Below, piece by piece: positions 49,301 to 63,713 of a stretch of 64,000 nt of DNA (its first letter is position 1; each line of letters opens with the position of its first letter). Under the pieces are notes generated by a model. It saw only the letters and a list, made by a program, of their open reading frames with translations. It did not search any database and was not told the origin of the DNA. The translations under genes and the position numbers were made by a program. The DNA lies in assembly GCF_032062105.1 (NCBI RefSeq), contig NW_026936150.1:434001-498000 (forward strand), given 5' to 3'. This stretch comes from Saccostrea cucullata. Its lineage: Eukaryota.

Positions 49301-50091
49301 AAAAAAAGAAACATTGACATGTCTTCAATATATATGTTCGCTTTTATTTATGTAGAGTTTCTCAAGATGTGATACAATTCATCGTAGAAGGAACTGAATA
49401 AACGAGGTGTGTTCTTTGGTCAAAATTAGGTCAACATTGTAAGCAGTAGCATTACTGAGTTGATGTCCATCAACTCGTAAAAATTACTTAGATAAAACGG
49501 TAATCCTAATAAGGTATTGTCTGCAAGCTCAGTCGCCATGCTTGATTGCATTGTTTACCTCGAGGCGATAGATGATTGACACGCTAAGAAGCCAAACTTT
49601 GAAGGTGCTAATGATAATAATCGGGTAACAACTACCGGGGTAACAATAGTTTAATTAAATTATAATTTGGCAGAACTTTCTGTCTTCCGAACATGTGCAG
49701 TGCTAGTGTTTATATAAAATCCAATGACCTTCAACATAACGTAATCGCGCGTTCCGTTTTAGCGCTCAGGGGCTCTTGCGCCAAAGGCGCCAAAATTAGT
49801 AGTGCGCCAAATATTATCGTTTTACAGTATATATTTTTACTGACTTTTCAGCAGTCAAATTTAATATATATAATCAATGGAAGTTTAGAAAAAAAAAAGA
49901 GAAAAAAAAAATATAGCATTTTAATGATAACCTTATTTAATTCAACAAAACACACATGTGCTACACGGGAGCGAGTAATGATTTCACTGATAACCTCTGT
50001 TTTGATTAATATCTTATGCCCAGAATGCGACCTAATGTAACATTGTACTAGATCTTGTTTTTTTTAAAACTTAAGATTATAAGATTATATC

Positions 50092-50420
50092 GTGGCATCG
50101 GTAGTCTAATTGTAAAGGTGCCGGACTCCAAACCGAAAGGTTGCGAGTTCGAATCCTGGCCGCGGCAAGTCGACATTGTGTCCTTGGGAAAGGCACTTTA
50201 CATGAATTTCCTCACTCCACCCAAGTGTAAAAGGGGACTGGCTATAGACAGTGAAAGATATTGTCAGAATGTTAGGGTTCTAGCTTATTAACGGCAGCTT
50301 GCACTGAGAAAGATTCTGAATTGTTATGGTCTGCTGGGGTAATAATGATTGTAAAGCGCTTTGAGTAGCATTTATGCTAGAAAAGCGCTATATAAAAAAA
50401 CCAATCATCATCATTATTCG
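50092..50420 (+). mobile_element. tRNA-derived SINE (CORE/V-type)
   Basis: A box TAGTCTAATTG, B box GAGTTCGAATCC, CCA anticodon-like loop, central ttgtgtccttgggaaaggcactt, LINE-like tail aaagcgctatataaa followed by (ATC)n. Confidence 0.8.
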
Positions 50421-50616
50421 TCATCATTATCGTGTAAAGACATTGAAAGGCGTAGCATTAATCGTCATAAATACAAGGATAAGACTAACTAACTGTTTAA
50501 CTTCAGTAGAAAATAGTAAAACTGGAAAAAAAATATCGAACATCAATTGCAATAAGTCTGACAACAAAATCAATTTGGTATGAACAGTGCCGCTTAAAAG
50601 GTTACCGGGTTATATT

Positions 50617-53600
50617 AGAGAAACACCGACATCTTACGAACAAACGGAACCAAAAACGGGGATCAGTCATTGAAGTCTATTGTATTTACGGTTGGATTAT
50701 TGAATTCTTCAATTTTATGGGGATTTTGACAGATAAAATCTCTACAAAATACCTTAAAGCCACGTCTTGTCGTAGTCGCTACCCAATTGCAACTTCTCGG
50801 GCCTTTCCGACTAGCGGAAAAACGACCTCGAATGTTCTAGGAAGACGCCATTACTACTCCCCCTTTTCACGATCTTTGAAATAAATGCATGGAGACACTT
50901 CATCTGTGGAATATGGAGTTTAACTTTATTCAATGTAATGATATTACCTAAAATATACCATAGATGGAACTTCTATCTCCGTCTATCCTATATTTGACTA
51001 AACAGGAAGATGTATAAATTTTTAACATCCGGTGATGTTTGTTTTTCCGACATCTGACGGAAAGACCCGAGATGATGCGATTGAGTCGCTACCGTGACGC
51101 TACAATACATTTCAATTGACATTTAAACGAGCAAAGGGGTTCGAGAGGGGAATGAAAGGAAAATTTTAAAAAATGTCATTCTGTGGCATGAAATAAAAAA
51201 ATAATAGTATGTGCAGATCTAGTATGGGTCGAGGGGGGGGGGGGACTTTACGAAAGGCGGTCGCGTTATGGTCTAAAATTAAATTTCAAAAACCCCAAAA
51301 CTTCAAATAAATTCTTGTTCAAAATACTATATGCTGCGAAAAATCAAATTAATACGGCTTTAATACACAGGTATTATAGCCATATCATAAGTCCAGGGGA
51401 TGTCCGTTCGTAATTTGTCGGTGGATAAAGCTTCTTCTTACAAACATGTATCTTAAAAATCTTCATATAAATCTCACGGGTGCTAGCGGACTGGAACCCC
51501 CTCCCCCCTTACAATGCCAGACCCAAAGCTATTTTTTAATTTCACTGTAAAAGCTCAAAGGCTTCTCGAGATATTGCTCGAAACAAAAACGTAACAGACC
51601 GACAGAATTGAAAGACGAACTGGCAGACCAAAATTAATATCCTCAACTTTCGGGGGGGGGGGGGGATGGAAGTTTAGTGAATTGTGTGTTTGACATAGTT
51701 TAAGATACTGTAAACCAACTTTTATTCCGTGCAAGATATTTTCGCGAGTTTTGCGAGAGCCTCGTCATCGCGAATATTTCTTGTCGCGAAAGGATCCTTT
51801 TAGTATCTTTTTCTATTAAAACACTTACAAAAAAGGCTTAAACACCCAATTTTATGTTAATGCCCCCAAAATCTACCTGATTCAAGATCAATAATCTACC
51901 GCCTGTCAATCATAAAAAGAACAATAGCTTCTAATTTGATTGACAGGTCAGCTATCTGTGATTCCTGATAATCTGAGTTGGCATGTTTTGAAAACAATTA
52001 CCTGGTCACGGGTCAAACGCTTTCATGTACCCGGATAGTATACACACGGGTTAGAAAACTCCAATATGTTTGAATTTTATTTTAAAAAATAATTGAAAGT
52101 AGATTATTAAAACATTGACATTATAAAATATTTCTTTTCTATATCTTCACTGCTGTTTGTTTCTTGCAAGTGTTATATCGCCCACGTTATCTGTAGAAAA
52201 AAGACCGCGTCCACAGAAACCGGCTCTATTTGCCGTAATTGGAAGTCCGACGATTTAAATTTTTTTTTAAGAATTAAATGGGATATAAGAAAAAATATTC
52301 AGCACTAATAAACGGCATAGCATATTTTTTAAAAGATGTTTTATTTTGTACTATGGCTACAATCCGCACGATGTTGTACAGAAATTGATGTCAGAATTAA
52401 TGCTCGATCGAATTTCCTCTAGCGTCTGTATATATACGTAATGAAAATGTGAAGATCATTAATAGTGATCGATTCTGAAAAGAGATAACTTTTGTTAACG
52501 TACGAAGGATCAAAAATATGGAAAATTTTGGAAAATATTGTTGGCCAGGAAAAAAAAAAAACATTCCGATCGCGGTAAATGCATGTTCACATGCACGACG
52601 GATAGGTGGATTAATAATTTTTTTTTATTTCAATATTCAGACTTTTTTAATCAAGTGATTTCTTTTATTGAAGATTAAAAAAAGATAATATTATTGATTT
52701 GTAGTTTTTACGCGTGATTTTTTCTTTCATGTAAGGAAAACATTTTCTAAAACGATATGCTGTACATGTATCTTATTATTTTTCCTTCAAAACATTGCAT
52801 GATTACGATGAATGCGTTTATAAGTTTACAAATAAATTTCATATTGAAATAATTATTTTACGTAGTTTCACTCAAAACCAAACAAAACACGTAATGATGA
52901 CCTTGATTACCAAACGCAGACTTCCTGTGTAATGCTACGTATACACAGATTTTTGACATCTTGGGTATTGGGGGTCTCCAGGTAAATAACACCACTGTTA
53001 CTTTGACCACACCCCCTCCTCAGGTAACAGTACGGTAAAAAAATTAATCGTCGCGAACTTCTTTACCCCCCAGTAAATCGCGAAATAAAGTCGTCGCGAA
53101 TAAAAGTTGGTTTACAGTCTATGAGAGCAAGTTCCATTTAGCATGCCATCAAAGGACCTATGCCCCCCTCCCCCAACCCCTGGACTATATATAAATTCGG
53201 GTCCAGAGATATTTTTTGGCTTTCTTTCGTTAATAACATTTACAGTTTACGACATACAAAATTGATACCTGCAGTTAAAAAGTCAGAGGTGATTTAAGAT
53301 ACTACTGGCATGATTTTTTGAAATAAAAAGTGAATTCTATGTACTTTTTGGATTTTTCATATGAAACACATTGTAAATATGTACTAGACGGTTAATCTAT
53401 GAAAGAAGACAAATATGAATATCTTGGGACCCGATATTTATATTGGGGGTGGGGATGGGGATGGGGATGGGGATGGGGAAGTTGTTTGGTCTACAACCAC
53501 TTGTGATGAGCATATGTGTGCACATACTTTTGAAGGATGCCATGACAACTAAGTGACAACTACGTTTTCATATTATTCACACTTTTAAAAGTCCGTATAT

Positions 53601-54722
53601 GTTTTCTGGAATCAATCTTATTTTTGTTTTACAACAGGGTGGTGAATATATATTTTTCCTTACAAATTAAAACAAATTATAATTTCGGTTATAGTTTTTA
53701 TTTGTATATTGGACCTTCCGTCAAAATAACTCTGTGTGTGGTCAAAAGTACATAGTGTATCTTCTAATTTTATATTTTGACGAAGAATGCATGGTTAACA
53801 AACAATGACATTGTGGAGCATAATTTTAAGACAAAGAAAAGAAGTTTACTAAGAAAAATGCACCACCTTACATAAATGCATATTTTCAGCCTTTTTTATA
53901 TTCCACATCTATAAACAGATATACATGTACACACAATCGTATATAGGAACGGGGTTGATGGGCTGGGGATAAGCCCCCCCCCCCATTAATGAAGTCGATA
54001 AATAAACAATGTAATATTATAGAAACTACTGTATACTTGTGCCCCCTCAATAAAAAAATCTTTCATTTGGCTTCCCAGGGAATTGTTTGGTAGTGACTCT
54101 AAACTTTTAATTGTGCCCCCCCCCCCCCTCAAAAAAAAAAAAAAAAAAAAAAAAACTGAAATTGCTTGCTTCAGGCCAGTTACATACATATAAAATAAAT
54201 GCAGCCCAAGATAATTTAGTTAAGATCGCCATTTAATACATCATCTAAGAAGAAACTCTCTACCATTTTAATATTAAATTTAAAAAAGAATATCTCTCTC
54301 TCTCTCAATACAAGACACTTTATAAAGCGCACTACCTATTTGCTTGATTGCACGTATTTATTTTATTTTTTCAAGCTGTAAAAAGTAACCTTTCCACATA
54401 TGAACTAGGCGCACACTACGAGTAGTTTGTATTGTTTATTCACTGACGCATGACAAACGTGCTTCCTAATCCGTCTAAAGTATTAGGTGTATTTTCTTCT
54501 ATTTGTTCGCTTTTTTAAAACATTGTATAGTGATTACAAAAATTTTCACATGAGTAATTTTCAAATACAAAGTGGTTAAAACACCATCCGTTCTATTATA
54601 CACATATACTTATTTCTTCTGATTTTAAACTTTACATGGTACAATTACTGGTCCCGAGAAAACTATCGAGATACGGGAAGTTAGGGAGAGTACGTTCGTT
54701 CGTAAGATGTCGGTGTTTCTCT
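50617..54722. mobile_element. ~4.1-kb TIR DNA transposon, non-autonomous
   Basis: 30-bp TIR AGAGAAACACCGACATCTTACGAAC(A/G)AACG with a candidate 3-bp ATT duplication. Inserted in intron 3 of pseudogene C. Confidence 0.85.
51708..53117. mobile_element. Nested Tc1/pogo-like MITE
   Basis: 20-bp TIR CTGTAAACCAACTTTTATTC; tcgcga subterminal repeats. Confidence 0.8.
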
Positions 54723-57567
54723 ATTGAAACATATGGAGATAACGAACAGTATAGAACCCCCACAATTCCACAGACAGACAGCTAGACAAATAGACAGACA
54801 GACACCTAGACAGACAAACAGACTGAGAGACAGACAGACAGAAATACAGATCTGAGCAGGCGTCCCTCGGAGTCCAGTGTCTTCGTCCCCCCTACTTCAT
54901 GTTCCGGTTGTCCATTCAATGTTTGCATAATTAAAAATGGCAAAGAAATGTTGTCAATTTTTTAATCAATACAGCTTGAAAAGTATTTTGCTTCAAAAAA
55001 TAATGTTATAAGAATAAAACAGAAGAATAAAGAATATCATGTATAACCAGATAGAATTAACATAGATAAATCATTCGATGTGTTTAGATTTATAATGAAT
55101 ACAATATGGAACTGATCACGATGAAACACAAGAAAACAAACAAAATAAAAGAATTTATTACCTTTAAACATCCACTACCTGAACATCCATAAAATGCAAC
55201 ATTGTCCAATGTGGCTATAAAAGCCCAAGCAGCGTGAAAACGACCAAGTCAAGAAAATATGCCTTGATTTCATGAGAAGCTTTGTCTAGAATATTGGGGT
55301 CTGTAGTTTCCCGGTACTGGACATGCCCCCTCTTGTAGTATCCACGTCTCCCCAGAAGGGAGTGATGAGTCTACGGTACCCGTCCAGCGGAAATGGATCA
55401 CGTGTAAATTTAGACACCGCGCCAGGAATGAAATAGCACCGTTGGTACTCACCTAACAGAAAACACATAAGTATTATTTACAATTAATATTCTCTATCAT
55501 AAAAAGTCTCAGTACTTATGCAAAGACTTTGTACTTTACGAACTTATACAAAATTACGATTAATTGGTCACTTTGGTGGTTGAAAATGGAAATTTCGCAG
55601 AAATTAAAATGTTAGGCAAGCTCTCTTTATCATTTGCAGGCATTGTCGTGTCACCCACGTCCTCACCAAAAGGATAAAAGTATGAAAAGTATCACCGTGT
55701 CCACAAAAACCAGACAGCTTATCCCCAACAAAGAGAACAGGCACAATACATTCTGTGATGAACGTATCACGCAGTGTTGTAACTGAATGCGAACTTGTTT
55801 ATGATTTTGTTTAAATTATCAGACGCATTCTGCCTTACAAACGAATGAAAGAAAAAGAGAATCGCTAAAATGTTATAGAATTCAACAAATTAATCATTTA
55901 GGTGTCATTATCATTTAAGTTGTTCGAGTTCTCTGAATTCGTTCCAAGTGATAGGAAACCGAAATCAGATGGATCTGGACATGTTTCTTTATCAAATTGT
56001 GCTGCAATCTGAAAGAGCCTAGGACATTTTTTTAAGGTCAGTCTTCATTGAGCTGAGTAAAAGTACGTATAATCAGTCATCATTTTTATTTTGTTAGAAC
56101 ATATTTCTGAAAGCTTCCAAATGCAGATATTTAAAATTATCTTCAAATTCCTTTACACTTAATTATTAATAACTGTGTATTTCTTAACCAAAGATTATTA
56201 GTATTTGCCATGAATTTTGTTAAGACATTTTTATCACATTTTTCAATATTAATCTTGAAAAGCAAAAGAATACTTATTTGGCTTCGCTTTTTGGCTAAAA
56301 TATTTGCGATAAAAGAACAATTTTTTTGTAAATACTGCAGATCACTTCTAAATAATCATTTAATTCTTAAGTGGTGTTTTTTTCTATTTTGCACTTGTGA
56401 GAGAGGAATAAACGAATGATTTTACTCATTTACAGATTAATCGTCGTAAAAAACTATAATGTTTTGATTCAATTACATGCATACCTATCTTTATTTCATT
56501 TGGAGATAGGTACAATTAATTTAAAAATAGCTATAACAGATTTGAAAAAAGTACAAATACCAAAATTGATGATAGGTATAGTTGACTTAAAATAGACGGA
56601 ATTGAATTGAACCTAGGTATAATTGATTTATACCTATCTTTAATTCCTTTGTGTAGATGTATTAATTGTTCCTAGTTTTAAATTAATTGTTCCAGTCTTT
56701 TCAATTTTACTTATCTTCAAATTAAACGAAAATAGGTATAATTCAATTAAACATATACCTGTATCTTTAAATTGGAAAAAGATAGGTATAATTCAATTTC
56801 TATACTTGTATCTTTGATTGAATTGAACTTATCTATAATGGAATTAAAATAGACATAATTCATTTGAACCTAGGCTCAGTCATAAAATATATGGAGATAA
56901 TGAACAGTATTCAAGCTCAAAAACCCACAAAACAATACATAATAGAAGCAGAGCAAACAGAGATCTCCAAAACATCGGAGGTGGGATCAGGTGTCTTGAA
57001 GGAGTGAGCATCTATTTAAGATACTAAATAATTAATTTTAAAAGACATATCTTCAATTCAATTGAACCTTAGTTTCTTATTTTTTGGAAGATAGGTTCAA
57101 TAGTTTGAAGGATGAGTTCATTCTTAATATTTGTTCCAATCATTTATTAATGATAATCATATTCAAATCAATAATCTCTTTATCCAAATGAATGAAGGTA
57201 TGGTCAATTCAATTATGTCTATCTTAAATTCATTTGGAGATTTTTACAATTAATTTGATATGATAGTTATAAATAATTTGATATACATTTAACTGAATTA
57301 TACCTAGGTAAATGTACAGGGTTACCCCTCTTTTCAGTTCTCTGTAAGTTTGGTACGTCAAACAGATATCCGTAGTACAAAATAAAATACTAAATGATTA
57401 GGAAAATCATCTTCAGAGCATGATAAGTACAATGTGAAACAGTACAACATATTGCATTATATGCACAGTGAACTAAAAATTCATCAAAAGTAAGTTATAT
57501 TTCAAGTAATATTTTTGCATACATGAGTAAATCAGACTAGTTAATACAAAAGAATATAATAACAATG

Positions 57568-60500
57568 TTAACATTTCTCTGTGTTTTGTTCCATTGGTAG
57601 CTGCGTTAATGCAGCACTGTTTTCCTCCGAATCAGAAGTTTTGGGGAAAGTCAGAGACTTTTCACTAGAAAAGACTTTCCAATGACCGCGCCTGAAAGAT
57701 TGAAAAACAATTCATATGAGATGCAATCTTTAACCAACTATATAATTTTGATTTTGGTGTTTTTGCACTGAGTGGTAGATGAACAATACACACCTTGCTT
57801 TTTTTCTTTGATAAAGGATAAAAACCATGATAAATGCGGTAAGTAGGAAAAGTCCAACCCCAACTCCTATGTAGGCAGGTAACTTCGCATTCTGAAACAT
57901 TTCCGGATTCATTAGGACACCTGCACCAGGCTGGGTGGTTTGAAAAGTGTTAAGTTGACAAGAAACGTTTTTATATCGTTCCCATCGCCCATTCAAGCAT
58001 GTAATATAACTTATGTTATCAGAGATCGTATATCTATCCCTGCAAATAAAGAAAGCAGACGAGTTTTCGAGATTCCCATTGGTTGTTTCCCAGACTCCAC
58101 CGGGAATTGTTGGCAAATCATCGCATGTCAACACTGTAACGAAAGTGTTTACGTATTTTGAGATGGGGAAAAAACTCACAATGACTATAATAGCATAGAG
58201 AAGGTTCGTGTGCAATAATAACACATCATATATGTACAAATACCTATTACAGCTGCCTCTTGAGATTCCTGAAATTGTTTCTGGAATGTTCGAGATTGTT
58301 CCGCTATGTCACGTGATCCCGTCACAAAGAAATCAAAAATGCAATCTTTGTCTTCTCCACACACCGCCCTAACTTCCTCTGTAACCGATATGGAGGACTC
58401 AAACACAGGACGGAATGATGGCTTATGATAGTCCGCAAAACTCTTACCAGGCTCATACGTGAACAGGGACTCCTTCTCGTTGATGACCCCTTCAACCAAA
58501 AAAATCATTACTTCTCCGTAACATTATACCATATACATAGCCAACTGAAAATTTTAATTTGTAATTTCGAATCACTTAATAAAAGATTAAATAAATAATC
58601 AACTTAATCATACATGACATCCCAAATTCAAAAATCAAGGATTCGTCAGTTTCATTTTGCTGCAGCTGTTGATGTGTTGAAAAAAATAAGTCATTCAAAG
58701 GACTGCCATCATAATTTCCTAGCAATCCTTTCAGAGTTCCTTCAAATTAAAAAAATGTCTCAAGTTAGTTCAACTCAATACACAGTTCTACAAAAAGATT
58801 ATTGATAGGATGGAGTACATATAAATTTACGATTTAACCCATATTCTTGCAGTATAGCTTTTTAAGTTGTTGTTCAATATTATTTTATCGAACACTCTTA
58901 ATTTGAAATAAATAAAAGAAGATAACATAGAAAAAGTACCATTCAGTTCCTTTCCTTGAACAACTGGCATGACGTTTAAGATATCTTTTGAGGCTTCAAT
59001 GCTGAATGCCATCTTGATCTCTTGAAACATGATCATAAATGACCTGCCCGTGTTATTTCCTTTAGTAGGAAGTGATACAATGGTTACACCTAGAACAATT
59101 CTCAATATTACAAGCATAATCAATGAAATAAATCAATATTCTATCCATCGATTTACATAGATTAATACAACACCTTTCGCATTTATCCATCTTGAGTCTT
59201 GAAAATCAAGCAGTTCTCCATTTCTGAGTACATCAGCTGTTCTTATCGAGTTGAGTCTAATTTCTATGCAATCTGATCTATTCTCATACTCCATTACTAA
59301 GGCAGTCGCTACAGTTGCCATTACAAGCGACCCTGTTTAGAAAAAATATGAAATTAGTTCCTTTTGATACATTTCTTCATTTACTATCAATGTTGCAATA
59401 TTTAATTAAAGGTGAATGAGTATACCTTACCATCGTTTTTTCGGAACTGTTTGAAGCGGATTTGGCTTTTAAATTGTTCATTCTCAGTGTAAATGTACAC
59501 GAACTCTCCAGCTCCATTAAACGTATAACTAAGCCCGTCCAGTGTAGTGATATGAGGGTCACCATTGGTTTTTGCTGGAACAAAAAGGAACTTTATACAC
59601 ACAAACAAGTGTTTCAAAGTCAATGCTTAACGTTTAATTATAGAATGTTTCTCTCCAGATTTTTTTTATGAAATAACTTTCGATTCATTGACATAACGCT
59701 ATGCAACAAGACGTTTTAAGGTTCCTGAAAAGGTATATCTACAGTATACGGAATAACGAATCTGATACTAAATATATCTGACCTGGTTTAGGAGGGTCGT
59801 AATTTTCACAAGAACTGTATTTCCGTAATGTCAGGAACTCCTGACAGAGGCTGTATGTTTCATCCTCATTGCTAGTTTCATTCATAGACGTCTGTGAAAA
59901 ACGACAACAATGCAAAAACGGGACAACGTCCTTGCAAAAGTTTGTCACGTAGGGCATATTGTTATGGTTGTCACCTCGATAGTGATACCGCTGTTGTGTA
60001 CCACCTTCGTGGGATCTCGAGTCTATTAAGGTTCCCTGTTTATTGAAACAGCAAACGTTGTCGGCGCCATCTTCACTTTAGAAAGAAGAAAAAAACCATT
60101 CAATGTCGTATAAAAGGATTAATTCATCTTCACCTTTTAAAGTAGAAAAAGTATTCAATGTCGTGTAAGAAGATTAAATCATCTTCACTTTTATTCAGAA
60201 GGAAGAAAAAAGCATTCAATTCATTCAAAAATAAGAGAATTTTATTTTGGAAGAGGCAAAAGACGGGATGGTTGAAAAATTCTGAAAGATTGTTAAAAAG
60301 TATATGAATCAATAAAGGTGAAGATAACAAAAAGCAATTTCATAGAAAAATAAAATCAACACTAATCTGTGACAAGGGCATAAAACACAGACCCCAAGCA
60401 ATTTAACAGGTGAGAACAGGTGTCTAGCAGGAGAAAGCATCCTTTGTTAATTGGTCACACCCGCCTTGTGCACTGTGACGAAGTCAATTTTTGCATAAAA

Positions 60501-62084
60501 CAAAGGACCATGATATTTATGAAAAACGTTTGCCAAATCTATTAGCTTACATTTCTGTATAACAACCATTGACTTTGAAAAATAATTACTAAAATAAATG
60601 GCTTTGAAAACACTGGGAAATCAATAGTTTCATTAAGCAGATATTTCGTAAATTTTATGGTCGAATATAATTATGTTCTTGTCAACAAGTATCAAAATAT
60701 CATAGAGTTTGATGTTAAATTGTTCATCAATAGAGCATGTACTCTTTCGTATCAAATCAAATATATGATATAAACCCTGTACGCAGGTGATAGCGGCAAA
60801 TTGCTGCACAAGTGAGGGAATTTACGATTGAAAAGTTAAAGTCTTCCCGTGTTTCATAAAGCTTGGTTATAGGATTACCATAGACGTATTTTTCTAATAA
60901 CTTATACAAATATGAAACAGATGTGTCAGACTGTTGTATCCTTTATTGCAAGCTCACTGGAATATATCGTGTCTGCATATATATGAATGTAAATAATCAT
61001 TGTTAATTGATAATATGTAGTCGATATATCTAAATTTCGAGTTGAAACCCACAACTACTGGTTTTTTTTATTCTCATGTATTAAATTTTGAATAAATTTT
61101 GCTATATATTTATAAATACGAAAAAAGCTCTGTTAATTACTGGGTGTAATTGGTACCCATGGTAAATCTAACAGTTTGTTGAAAAAATGCTCTCAATAAC
61201 CACATTGACATTGTCAATCAGAATCTCCAGCATCCTTTTATTAACATCTTCAGAGTAGTTTTGTGTTTGTTCAATCAGACTGTTTATAACACAATAATTT
61301 TTCAAATGACTCATCATAGAGCAAGGACAAGGTACGTAAATTTACCGAGTTCCATTTTTAATGAAAACAAGACGTGTTTGTGAAACACTGATGCCTGCGT
61401 ATGGCAACATAGCAAAGAATAAACTTTTTCTTAAATGCAAATTTCATTAATTGGTACCAAAAGTAGGGTATTCTTACTGGAAAACAATTTTGAAATTTAA
61501 AAGTAGGCCAAAGTTTTTTTAATGAGTATAAAATCTCCAAGGGCAAGGTCAAAAGGTCAAGGTAATTGGTATTCAATTAAAGTTATGGTTAAAATTTCCT
61601 TTTTTAAAGTAGGTCAAACCCAAAGGTCAAGGTCAAAGGGTCAAAGGCTTTGGTATCCAATGAAGGGTCTTCTCACAAGGATTACGTACATGAAGTATGA
61701 AAGTCCTAAAGTCCGTTCACGAGTTATGGCCAAAGTTATATTTTTTCAAACAAGTATGGAAATCTACAAGGTCAAGGTCAAAGGGTCAAGGTTGTTCGTA
61801 TCCAATGAAAGGTCTTTTAAGAAATATATATATGCGAAGTATAAATGTCCTGGTATCTAATGTTCAAAAGATATGTCAAAAGTAAAAGTTTAAAATTTTC
61901 ATGTAAAAGTGGGTCAAGCTCCAAGGTCAAGGTCTTTGGTGGTACCCAAAGAAAGGTCTTGCCACAAGAAATACACATGTGAAATATGAAAGTCATGTCT
62001 CCACTTAATCAAAAGTTATGGGCAAGGTTAAAGTTTTTGCAGTCAAACAGACAGAGAGACAGACAGACAGACAGCTAGACAGAC

Positions 62085-62117
<33 letters not shown>

Positions 62118-63674
62118 CGGACGGACACGACAAAAACTATATATCCCCGAAACTTCGTTTACGCGGGCATAAAAAAAGCTGTCTCTGAAGTCGAAAAGCC
62201 TGGACTTTGATTCATGTGGGAAATATTATTAGAGAAAATGATACCTTGGTATTGTCAGTCTCACACAATGTTGTGCATCACGTCTATAACGACAGTTGCC
62301 CCGCCCCTCTGCTCCCACGCTGAGCATGTTGCAGTCAGGATCGGGCTGGTACTTTACAATGTCTAACAGCGCCTGTTGGAGGGTGCACGGACAAGGTTCT
62401 GCAACGTTTAACTTTGAAAGAGTGCGTTCTTTTTCTATCCATTTTTTACAAAGAAGTTTTGCAACAGCTTTGGAAGGGGTAACGGGGAACAAATCTGACC
62501 ATATTCCTCTTTGTGGCCTGGCAAAAAAGATTTACCCGGTAATTATATACATGTAACAAAAGTAAAAATTTAAGTATTCAAAATATAAACAAATGTTAAA
62601 TAACTCCTTATTTTAACTTACATTTTGAATGCGGTCTCCACACGAGAAGTTACACGTAGAATGGCGACCTGTTCATGCATCTTTAAATTAAAAGTCGTCC
62701 AACCAATTGAGTTAGATATATTCCTCATTGCAATAAAAGTGTTTAATTTAATCTCACCATTTTCCTCCTTTGGTTTGAAGAAAAAAAAAACAAAATCCAG
62801 TTATCTCGATATACTATATTTTTACAACAATTGTTTGGTACATTGATTGTATGTATCCTATGCTACTGCTTTTTTGTCCCCTGCTTTTCAAAGTGGGATG
62901 TATTGATTTCGACCGGTCTGTTCGTCCGTCTGTCTGTATTTCTTTCGGTCTGCAACACTTTCGTTTCCACGTGATATCTCGAGATGCTTCTAAAATTTAA
63001 CACAGCAACTCCCTATGGCCTAAGGTAGTCGTCAATTCATTTTGAGGTGAAAAATTCAAAGGTCAAGTTTATAAATTCATAACTTCTGTTTGCTTTAACA
63101 CTTTCGCTTCTGTGCGATGTATCAAAGGTTTTGAGATTTTTGCAATGCAATTTTATACCAATGCTTCCTATGGCCTAAGGAAGACCCCCATTATTTTGAG
63201 GTCAAGAGGTCAAAGGTCAAGATCGTAAATTTATTTATTTTTGTGAGTGAAAAACTTTCATATTTTAAGAAACTATTCGAACGAAATTTATTACTTTAAC
63301 GATCTATGGGTCTGATTGGCTTTCTTAAAGTACCCCCTCCCATCGACCCCGTAAGCTCTTCGTTTTTCCCTAAGCTGAGGCATATTCTCTACATTAGCTT
63401 GTTTTGAATTATACTTGTACCTTGATTGTGTATAGGTAAAGGTCTACTGTGCATCTGATTTTTTAAAACAAAATATATTTATTCCCTTATGATATATTCA
63501 ATGATCAACCGTGCTGTTGTTTCTCTTGTACCTTGATTTTGTATACGTAGATATCTACTGTGCTACTGTTTTGAAGTTCTTTGACGTTTCCATTCCACGA
63601 TATATTATGTTCATCATTTTCCAAACTGTTTCCATTTTGGCGACTTACAAGAACTTTGCTGAAAGCAGGATTCA
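57568..63674 (-). CDS. Mesh/SUSD2-like protein, copy D (type II), exons 6-16; 5' exons beyond the right edge
   Basis: Exons 63532-63674, 62622-62767, 62245-62517, 59783-60075, 59431-59574 (NGDPH), 59174-59332, 58940-59089, 58614-58739, 58244-58489, 57794-58133 (Sushi + TM), 57568-57691 (RGHWKVF...EQNTEKC*). All in frame; exons 6-15 have the same lengths as in copy B. Confidence 0.92.
61365..62176 (+). mobile_element. Non-autonomous Helentron-like element (same family as 1530-2404)
   Basis: aaacaagacgtgtttgtgaaacac start, aaggtcaaggtc repeats, (GACA/GA)n, cccgaaacttcgtttacgcgggcataa end. Confidence 0.75.
62870..63240 (-). mobile_element. Helentron-like fragment
   Basis: tttttgtcccc..hairpin..tccgtctgtctgt followed by two aaggtcaag units. 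Confidence 0.5.
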
Positions 63675-63713
63675 CTGTAAATAATTGTTAACAGATAATG
63701 ATGTGTTCTTTTA

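Larger units (their letters stand above)
43514..49827. mobile_element. ~6.3-kb TA-flanked DNA transposon (Tc1/pogo-like TIRs) with nested insertions
   Basis: Imperfect ~40-bp TIR CTGTAAAACGA..ATTTGGCGCA at both ends with TA flanks. Splits intron 3 of pseudogene C relative to copy A. Confidence 0.8.
43075..55750 (-). pseudogene. Mesh/SUSD2-like pseudogene, copy C (paralog of copy A), remnants of exons 1-4
   Basis: 54850-55750 aligns by eye to A exons 1-3. The start ATG is changed to GTA, exons 1-3 contain several 1-bp indels, and the exon 3 donor reads AT instead of GT. Intron remnants at 49830-50050 and 50430-50615 and an exon 4/intron 4 remnant at 43075-43450 match A 6700-8240. Nothing downstream of intron 4 is present. 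Confidence 0.88.

Noticed and set aside
50092-50165. Possible tRNA-Trp gene
   Set aside because: No proper acceptor stem or poly-T terminator; it continues into a SINE core and tail.
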